A stretch of DNA of 40,087 nt. Source: Proteromonas lacertae (Eukaryota). The notes beneath the pieces were generated by a model that had not been told where the DNA came from, searched no databases, and was given only the letters and a program-made list of their open reading frames with translations. Positions 31,495 through 40,087 of this stretch are shown one piece after another. The stretch lies in assembly GCA_002245135.1 (NCBI GenBank), contig NGBS01001162.1:310001-350087 (forward strand), given 5' to 3'. The first letter of the stretch is position 1; every line of letters starts with the position of its first letter. A program made the translations under genes and the position numbers.

Positions 31495-32460
31495 TTACTT
31501 TGGACAATCTTTATGACAATATTGTATGTTTCTAGGTAGAGATATTTTTGAATTATGCTCTGCAAACAACGATAAACTAATGTATCTAAGAGGAGCATCT
31601 CCCCATCTATAAAGAAATTGTCCATAACTTAAATCAACCAAATTTGTAAATTGAAAAATTTCTTTACTTCTAAAAAAATTCATTCTACAAATTTCAAAAT
31701 TATTATAATATGATAAAACAGTATTTTTAAAAGTTAAATCATATCTTGATTTATCTTTTACTTTTATATTTAATCCTTTCACTAAAGATATAGTGTAGTT
31801 TTTTAGTTCTTTTACAACAAAATCAGCATCATTAAATATTCTGTTGTGCATATATACTCTTTTTTCTATCATATAGTCGAATAAGTTAACAGATGTATTT
31901 AATAATGATTCAGAATCAAGTCTCATACATAAATCAACATCAAAAAGTGACGGGTGTAAAAAAATATCTCTAAAGAAGAATCTGCACATATGTTGATAAT
32001 TCCATTTCCCTCTTTTTCTATAAGTAGAAATGTAATATGATTTATTAAATTTAAATGGAAAAGAAAAAAATATATCTGAAACATCAATTACATTATATTG
32101 AATATTTTTGAATTGTTCTACAAGAGATTTATTTTCTGTAACATAAAATAGTAACTTATCATGGTAGTTCTGTTTTAAAAATAAATAATTTCTATTTATA
32201 AATGGCTTTATTTCTTTATAATTCAATAGAACAATTACTGCTTTTCTTTTACCTTCTAAATTTTTTACCTTCATATATAACTTGTTTATATGATGAATAA
32301 TCTGATTATAATTCTTTATTGATTCCAAAAATAAATGTGATAAATTGTTTTCTTTTATTTTTATAGGAATGAAAGTAATATCATTAAAATAACAATAAAG
32401 AATCATTGTATATAAAATATATATAGTAAGAATATATATACTTAATCTTTTTATGATCAT
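31495..32460 (-). CDS. Duplicate GT15 mannosyltransferase-like gene
   Basis: Protein identical to 24896-25861. Confidence 0.85.
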   Translation of the reverse strand: MIIKRLSIYILTIYILYTMILYCYFNDITFIPIKIKENNLSHLFLESIKNYNQIIHHINKLYMKVKNLEGKRKAVIVLLNYKEIKPFINRNYLFLKQNYHDKLLFYVTENKSLVEQFKNIQYNVIDVSDIFFSFPFKFNKSYYISTYRKRGKWNYQHMCRFFFRDIFLHPSLFDVDLCMRLDSESLLNTSVNLFDYMIEKRVYMHNRIFNDADFVVKELKNYTISLVKGLNIKVKDKSRYDLTFKNTVLSYYNNFEICRMNFFRSKEIFQFTNLVDLSYGQFLYRWGDAPLRYISLSLFAEHNSKISLPRNIQYCHKDCPK

Positions 32461-32529
32461 TTTTTTATATCATAAAATTGTTATTCATCTTAACAACATA
32501 AATTTATGTACAGTCTACAATAATAATTA

Positions 32530-33600
32530 ATGAAAACTAAGGTGATTTGGTTTTTATTTATATTATTTTTATACATAATATGTGTATACAATTTATATAG
32601 ATATGAATTAAGTAATACTCGTAATATTTTATTATATCATATCAAAAATCAAGCATTAATAACACAAGCATATTATCAATCCAAAGTTGGATTTGCATTT
32701 TTTGATAATATTAAATTAGGAGTAATATTTATTATAATCTCTTCAACTTTAGGGTTTAGGAAATTCGTTACTACAAGCTGTAAGCTCAATATTTGTATCA
32801 TTAATATCAAACAGATCGCTATTTAGTATTATCTATTATATCAATCTTTTTATATTTTAGTATCATGGAAAATGTTATGGTATTATTTCAATTTCCCTAT
32901 TAAATATTATAACATCACATTTGATAATATGGCTTATTTTTCTGATGGAATTTTAGCATTAGAATCTAAATTAAATCTTATTGGAGCTAATAAACATTGG
33001 TATTCTACAGAGCATATATTAAAAAGTAATAGATATAACAATTTAATAAAAAATAAAGGTTTACTTAATAAAGTAGACAGAAGCATAAGTGTTAATATTA
33101 GAATGATAAATAAAATAATTTGTAATTATTATTTTAAAATATCTTCTTCATTCACAAACATAATAAGAAACTATTTTACTAAGATTTACCTTTTTTCAAT
33201 GAATGATAAATACAATGCTATTCATTTGAGAATTGGTGATGTTGATAATCAACCATTTCAAAAATATTTAAATAAAGCAGATATTGATTATTTAGTGATG
33301 TTATTAAAAAAATCAAATTATACAAAAAATGTATTATTGTCAGATTCATTAGTTAATAAAATTGAAATGAAGAAAAAGTTAGGAAATCATATTTACACTG
33401 ATAACAATCTTCCTTGTCATAGTAGAAATATAGTATGCATAAATCAATCAATGATTGATATAATGATTATGAAAAATGCTAATTTCCTTATACTAACTAG
33501 AGGAAGCACTTTCTCATTATTTGCTTCTTATTTTAGTAGATGTGAATATAAAAATATCTTATTTGTAGGGAAAAACTTTCAACATTGTAACTATTACTAA
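32530..33600 (+). CDS. Duplicate fucosyltransferase-like gene
   Basis: Mirror of 23756-24826, with introns 32722-32752 and 32826-32860. Confidence 0.75.
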
Positions 33601-34633
33601 ATAAAAATACATTTATTTGCATTACAATTATTGTTCATATAATATGCTACTTTACTAAATGCACTGTTCTTAGTTAGTACCAAGTATTTTGCCATTTTTA
33701 ACATATAAATTTCTAATAGGCATTCTACTGAATCATTATTAATTGGTTTAAAATACCAATTGTTTGAGTGTTTTATATTCTTAGATTTTAATATATTCCT
33801 TATAATAATTAATTTGTTATTTTTATTCTTGGTTATATAAGATGAATCAGATGATAAAATTACATACTGAACATTATAATTCTTTATTAATTCAATAATT
33901 GTATAATTAAATTGTGATACTGATTTAGAATTAGCAAAATATGTTGCTTTTTTTTCATGAAAATCACCAAATTTTCCTAATCTTATATGAACTCCTACTG
34001 TAGTCAAATTATTTTGGTTAATAAAATGAAATACTTTGTAATTGGTAAATCTATGAAGTATGTGTGATGAAAATGTTAATACTTTACGAAAAAAGTAATG
34101 AAAAAAATAATCATTAGAATGATATTCGCACCTTATTCTATTTTTCAGAATAGTATTATATTTTTCATTTAAATACAAAATTATATTACCAGGATCAACA
34201 ATAATTAGATTATATGAATATGAATAGATAATTAAATTATTAAGTAAACTTTCTTTGGTCATAGAACTGTTTAATTTGACAATCATTTTATTTGATGTAT
34301 TATACATTTGACCGATATATTTGTGTTTGTAATTTATATGAAAGTAATCATGAAACGAATTCCATCTATATACTATATATATATGCTATAAAAATTACAT
34401 ATTAGTCCTCTTTTTCTGATTATACATAATCCAATAACAGAACCTAAACCTATAAGTTTGGTAAATAAGCCAGTTCCATTATTTGGATAATATCCAATAT
34501 TGGGTTGAATATATATATACATTAAAGAATAATAATCATTAAATAATATAACCAAAATATAAAAATATAAAGTTACAAAAAGTATATGGAATGATATTAT
34601 CATGCTACAAAATATAACAGAAATAAAAAACAT
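33597..34633 (-). CDS. Duplicate fucosyltransferase-like gene
   Basis: Mirror of 22723-23759 with identical ORFs. Confidence 0.72.
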
Positions 34634-34646
34634 TACTTAAAGTTAA

Positions 34647-35633
34647 CTATAATTTTTTAATAATATTATATAAATATTTTTTGCAATCATATCTCTTCCT
34701 GTTATATTCTGATAAATAATGTGAATCATGCTTTAATTTAATTATTTCTTTTAATTTTTTAACAGCTAATGTAATATTACTTTCCAATTCTGGCAAAAAT
34801 ACTCCATTAACTTTTGTTACAAACTCACTTTGCAAAGCTACAGTATATACACCCATCCTTTGCATTTCGATTAATGCTAGAGCTCCAGTATCATAAAATG
34901 AATAGTATATTACAATTTTTGAATCTCTACTATATTTTAATAGATCATTTCTTTGATATGATCCATACTTAAAAACACTTACTTTGAATAATTCTTTTAG
35001 TGAATGAATAAGAATTTTGCCATCGTTTTTATGGTTACGATCAACATATTTTTCATATATTACAAAGTCATATCTTCTTTCATCCCATTTTTTTATTATA
35101 TTTTTTTCATATGAATATTTTATGCAACATGGAAATGTTAAATACTTTTTATATTGAAAAAAAGAGTTGGTTCTATTCATGAGATGATAAGCTACTCTAT
35201 AATGATGAACTATATAGTATTTTATTTTATTAATTATATGTATCCACATCATTTCATGTGTATTATTTAAAGGAAAATATAAATATTTTATAGGTGATAC
35301 ATTAGGGCCATAAATTATTTTATTATAATTAAAATCGCTATTTATAGGATACAAAAGTGATTGAAACCATACATATGTATTCATTCTGCTAAAATATTTT
35401 ACATTCAAAAATGATATATGTTTCACAAATGATATATTACAATATTTACCATATTCAGAATTATTCCAATCGATTATAGATTCATTAATATAGTATGCTA
35501 AATTACCTGGACCATCTTTGCTATTGAAAGGAAATACCATAGTCAAATTACATTTCCTTTTTAGTTTATACTCTATATAAATATTAACATAGATAAATAG
35601 TATCAGTAAATATATATATAAATATACTATCAT
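34647..35633 (-). CDS. Duplicate putative GT-B glycosyltransferase
   Basis: Protein identical to 21723-22709. Confidence 0.5.
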   Translation of the reverse strand: MIVYLYIYLLILFIYVNIYIEYKLKRKCNLTMVFPFNSKDGPGNLAYYINESIIDWNNSEYGKYCNISFVKHISFLNVKYFSRMNTYVWFQSLLYPINSDFNYNKIIYGPNVSPIKYLYFPLNNTHEMMWIHIINKIKYYIVHHYRVAYHLMNRTNSFFQYKKYLTFPCCIKYSYEKNIIKKWDERRYDFVIYEKYVDRNHKNDGKILIHSLKELFKVSVFKYGSYQRNDLLKYSRDSKIVIYYSFYDTGALALIEMQRMGVYTVALQSEFVTKVNGVFLPELESNITLAVKKLKEIIKLKHDSHYLSEYNRKRYDCKKYLYNIIKKL

Positions 35634-35694
35634 ATACTAACTATTTACCATTATTTATATTTTGTTACTTATTATTTTCGCTTATAATAATCAT

Positions 35695-36446
35695 TCAACA
35701 TTTATATTTTGAAATATATACACCTAAATTATATTTTATCAAAGCTAAATTATATCTATTCATAATTAATCTGTAGTTCAATTCTGTATCTTCTAATCTA
35801 TAATACTCCCAAGACTCATTGTAATAATAACTCTTCAGCAGATTTGTTTTTCCTGACAGCCATGCATTTTGGATATTCAACCTTTTGTTTAAGAAATTGC
35901 AACAATATTTAGCATGAATAGGTGATTTTATATTTCTATAATATGAATTATATATATCAGTAGGAGTATAATTATATAACATTTGATCTATGTTATAATT
36001 TATGCTCTTTTTATCATATATTAACTTCATATTGTTTGTATATGAATGCAATAACAAATCTATGTTTCTATTTCTTTTAAATATATTATAAATTATTTCT
36101 ATTCTGTATTTGGACATATAATCATCTGAATCAAATAAAGATATATATTGACATTTTGCTAATTTTATACCTGCATTTCTATTTTCTGCTTGATTATGTT
36201 TTCCAGCCATATAGTATAATAATAATAATTTCCCTTTTATTTGGATTTTCTAAAATATGAATAATTATTTTCACTAATAACAATAATAACTTCATAAGGT
36301 AACATAGAAGATTTAAGAATCATTCTCATTATTCTAATTTTACATGCTTGATAAGTTGAATATGTAGCTGGAATTATTAAAGATATGCTACATGTATTTA
36401 AACTATTATAATATAAATTATAGATAAATATAATTTCAAATAACAA
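35695..36446 (-). pseudogene. Duplicate GT2, frameshifted (possibly a sequencing error)
   Basis: One T missing near 36241 relative to the left arm. Confidence 0.65.
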
Positions 36447-36496
36447 TATAAATGATTGAAAATTTCTATTAATTTTACTAATATTTGCTTAATTAT

Positions 36497-37380
36497 TTAA
36501 ATGTAAATAACGTTAACATTAGCACAATATGAACCAGCGTAAAAATCTAAGAATCTAAACCATATATTATCATTACAACTATGTGATTTATATCTTAATA
36601 AAGCAACTTTGCTTAAATTGTAATATGCAATTGTATTGTACAATGTTTGATCTTTTCCCACAAAATATTTCTCTCTATAAAATTTATCATGTAACGAAAA
36701 AAATGTATAATAATAATTACTTATCCCTAATTGTGAACCACCAAATGTTCCTCCTTCAATGCAGTTTTTGGTAATTAATGTAATATTGTTACTATGTATA
36801 TTAGGGAAGTCATACAATTGAAAGAAAAACATATACGAATTTTGTGTTATATTCTGCAAAAAATGTATTTGTTTAAGTGATGGAAAATTGAAATAGTATT
36901 TATTTTCTCTGTAACAACCAATGTCAATCCACATATATATTTTACTATTAAGATGTTCAGATACATATTTTAGGCATACTAATTTTTCCATTCCATATAG
37001 CATACAATCTATAATTATGCCTCTTTTTTTCTGGATCATACCTTCCACATATTTTTATATGAAAACTTATAGTCATTTATTTTTCTTAAGTCAAATACAT
37101 CATTTATAACTCTAACAAACTTTTTCAACTTTGGATTTATGAGTTTATATCCTTCTATATTACAAAATATGTACAAGTTGCGCTTTACTAAAACGGAGAA
37201 ATTATTTATCCACATTTTATATTTTTCTGTTGTATATTTAGATTTACCTACATAAAACGAAGTAACAAATAAATATTCATACATAAATGTTTTGCCATTT
37301 TTTTTATTTATTCTTTCCAGTTGAATAAAATAATGATAAAAAATTAAAATGCTTAATAAATAAAGAAAAATATTAATCAT
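36497..37380 (-). pseudogene. Duplicate HtrL/YibB-like gene, frameshifted (possibly sequencing errors)
   Basis: Extra G near 36973 and extra C near 37041. Confidence 0.6.
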
Positions 37381-37416
37381 ATTAAGTATAAATAACTCAC
37401 ACAAGCATTACCAAAA

Positions 37417-38566
37417 TCAAGATTTCTTACCATAATAGTACAATTTTTCATTATGTTTAAACATTTTTTCGAATTTTCTATATATTTTTTTCAAATGCTT
37501 TTCTAAATAATCTAAGGAATTATCAATTAAATGCTTATTACACATTTTACCTTTGAATCTAGTATGTCTAACATATCCATAGTTTTTATTTATAGATCTT
37601 ATTTTTATAGGTAGAACAGATTCCTTATATATATGAACATCAAGCATAGAATATTTGTACAGATTGCCAACTATGTATTTTTCATAGCCATTTTTTACAA
37701 AACAACAATCTTTATACGTTATTATAGAATTGTATTCCTTAGATTCATATGAAAATAATTTGGATTTAAATAGATACATATCACTTGTATTATTATCTAC
37801 ATATTTTATAAACTTTAAATAATCCTTTATCGTGATAGGTATGATAACTTCATCAATATCATGAAATATTATATATTTTGTATTATACATATATCTGTAT
37901 AAATGCATCATTAATTTTTTCTACTTGTCCTGTTTCATGAACATATTTTATTTCTTTATTAAAACAGAATGGTAGTAATTCAATATATCCACTTTTTACA
38001 TAATTATACAATATAGATTTAATAAATAATGTTGATGATGTCACATACATAACAATATGATCTACTCCATAGATTATCGATATTTCAATTACATCAATAA
38101 CTTGCTTATAATTTCTAATATTATGAAAATTTACTATTACTAAAATAATATCGTAATATCTATTAGGCTTATATATTATCAACGGCAAATATTTATTATT
38201 TATAAACACCCCTATAGGAGTTTTGTTTATAGTTCTTAGTGATAGATGTATCGATATATATGATAAATTCATTATCTTGTTAATATTATATTTATGTTTA
38301 TAACTGATGTTACATAAAGAAATAAAGTTCTGATAAATAATCTTGCATTTATAATTTCTTCTGTGATACGGAAATGATACTCCAATTAGTATTAATTCAT
38401 TCTGCTTTTTATTAATATTTGCATAGTATATATAAACATCTTTATCTATTTTTGATAAACACTGATGATTACATGTATAACTCACTTCAAATAATGTATA
38501 TACTTTCTTTAATAATAATATACAAGATATAAATATATATACAATAAAAATAGATAAATGAAACAT
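37417..38566 (-). pseudogene. Duplicate GT92, frameshifted (possibly a sequencing error)
   Basis: Extra A near 37901. Confidence 0.65.
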
Positions 38567-38659
38567 ATACTTTTCTTTTTATCATTTATCGATTTAGATT
38601 GCGTTTTATAGATATATATATACAAATACTTAAAATATATATATTAGTATATTATTCTT

Positions 38660-39688
38660 ATGGAAACATTATTTATACTTCTTATTTTATGTTTTATTTT
38701 CTGATTTAAATTATATTACATAACAAAAATACAAATATTAATTTACAAAACATAGTAAAAATGTATAAAACATCACAAACTGAAGTGAATGTAAATATTA
38801 TTGCTGGACTTGGTAATAGATTAATGTCATTTGCAGGAATAATTATATTGTCATTCTATTTTCAGTCAAAGCCTTACTGTATTGCATCATTATTATTTCT
38901 ATTTAGTATTAAATTGGAATGAGTTTGATTTATTCTATCATTTCCCTCAATACAATATCACAAACTACTAAAATTGAAAAACTAACACAATTTTGTATAT
39001 GTCCTTTTAATATCAATAATCTAAAGAGCATACGTATTGAAAAGAAAATTAAATACTTTAGTTACATATGGTGTGACATAACAACTGGTATAGCTAATGA
39101 TATATATTTTTATAAAAATATAAAGAAGTACATATTATTAAACAAAAGAGCTGATTATTTATGGAATGCATTCTATTTATACTATATAATATTTTCAAAA
39201 ATGCTGATTATAATAAACCTATAGAAAAGAAAATAGATAAGTATTTATCTATTCTAACAAATAAGCCTTTTATTGGAATTCAAATGAGAGTTGGAAATGC
39301 AGATCTGAAAGAAAAACAAATAATAAATAACAATGAAATAAATACAATGATTAAGATTGCGTTTAAGTATTTTTATAAAAGTAAATGGTTTTTAACAGGA
39401 GATTCAAAAGAATTAAAGATTAAATTAAGTAACATTTATAAAAACATATTATTTATTCCAAAAATATCACAAACCATTATGCGAAGCATTAAAATGACAC
39501 TACTATAATTATAGAACATGAAATACTTTCAAGAAGTAGTTTTCTTATAATATCAAGAAGTACATTTGGTTTAACTGCTGTTTTAAAATCTGGGTTGTTG
39601 TTAGATAGAAAATACAATTTAAGCTATGTAGTTAAAAAGAAAAATAAAATATAAAAATGAAATAATTACATTCTTTAATAAAGAATAG
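38660..39688 (+). pseudogene. Duplicate fucosyltransferase-like gene with multiple indels and the same internal TAA
   Basis: Mirror of 17663-18698, with indels near 38696, 38963, 39212, 39450 and 39645. Confidence 0.65.
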
Positions 39689-39809
39689 CGATTATAAAAT
39701 AAGATTTCTTTGGAATGTAAAGTATCATAAAAAAATTGATATGAATAGTTTTTAACATTTCTAATAAATATTTCAAACTTGATAGCTCACAACAATATGT
39801 ATAGTAACA

Positions 39810-40087
39810 TGTTGTTGTGAGCTATTTGTCAGAGTTGGCCGTTAATCATAGTTCTTTGCATGAATAACTCATTCATTATTCCTATGCAAATTTTCACAGT
39901 GTTGTATTTATCGGTCAACCGAAGAGGTTCGGTCAAAACCTTTCTGTTTTGTCTTGACCTTCGGTCGGTCAAACTTCAAGCCATATAATGTTAAAATCTA
40001 TTTTAAGACACTATTAACTTGCATATATAAAAAAGATTATAAAATGATATATGCAGCTAATAATAATAATTAATACAATCATACTAT
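39810..40087 (+). mobile_element. Duplicate of the element E terminus
   Basis: TGTTGTTGTGAGCTATTTGTCAGAGTTGGCC from 39810, mirror of 17263-17541. Confidence 0.55.

Larger units (their letters stand above)
30548..40087 (-). repeat. Right arm of the inverted duplication (runs off the window)
   Basis: Mirrored ORFs are identical up to about 36200. Scattered 1-bp indels and substitutions appear beyond that. Confidence 0.97.

Overview
Very AT-rich, gene-dense eukaryotic DNA with tiny (about 23-37 nt) GT-AG introns and 44-95 bp head-to-head gaps. This fits a Blastocystis-like stramenopile, which is an inference and not a confirmed identification. Four zones are visible. (1) 1-13.8 kb: LSM14 5' end, MFAP1, a REEP/HVA22-like gene, three tetraspanin-like paralogs, GT92, a bacterial-type TenA, a large HExxH membrane metallopeptidase, a stand-alone BPL_N protein and an OafA-type acyltransferase. 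(2) 13.8-17.6 kb: a nest of ~620-bp palindromic (foldback/MITE-like) elements with a conserved central core, plus an IS630/Tc1 DDE remnant. (3) 17.6-29.7 kb: an island of 11 consecutive glycan-synthesis or modification genes (three fucosyltransferase-like, GT92, HtrL/YibB, GT2, GT-B-like, GT15, GT-A-like, GDPD, DUF229), bracketed by termini of that repeat family. (4) 30548-40087: an inverted copy of 17263-26808 that gains indels distally and may be real or an assembly/read artefact. The most striking observations are the fixed-length palindrome family, the glycan island, and an intron that splits the ATG start codon in all three tetraspanin paralogs. Single-base frameshifts in conserved genes suggest an imperfectly polished assembly.
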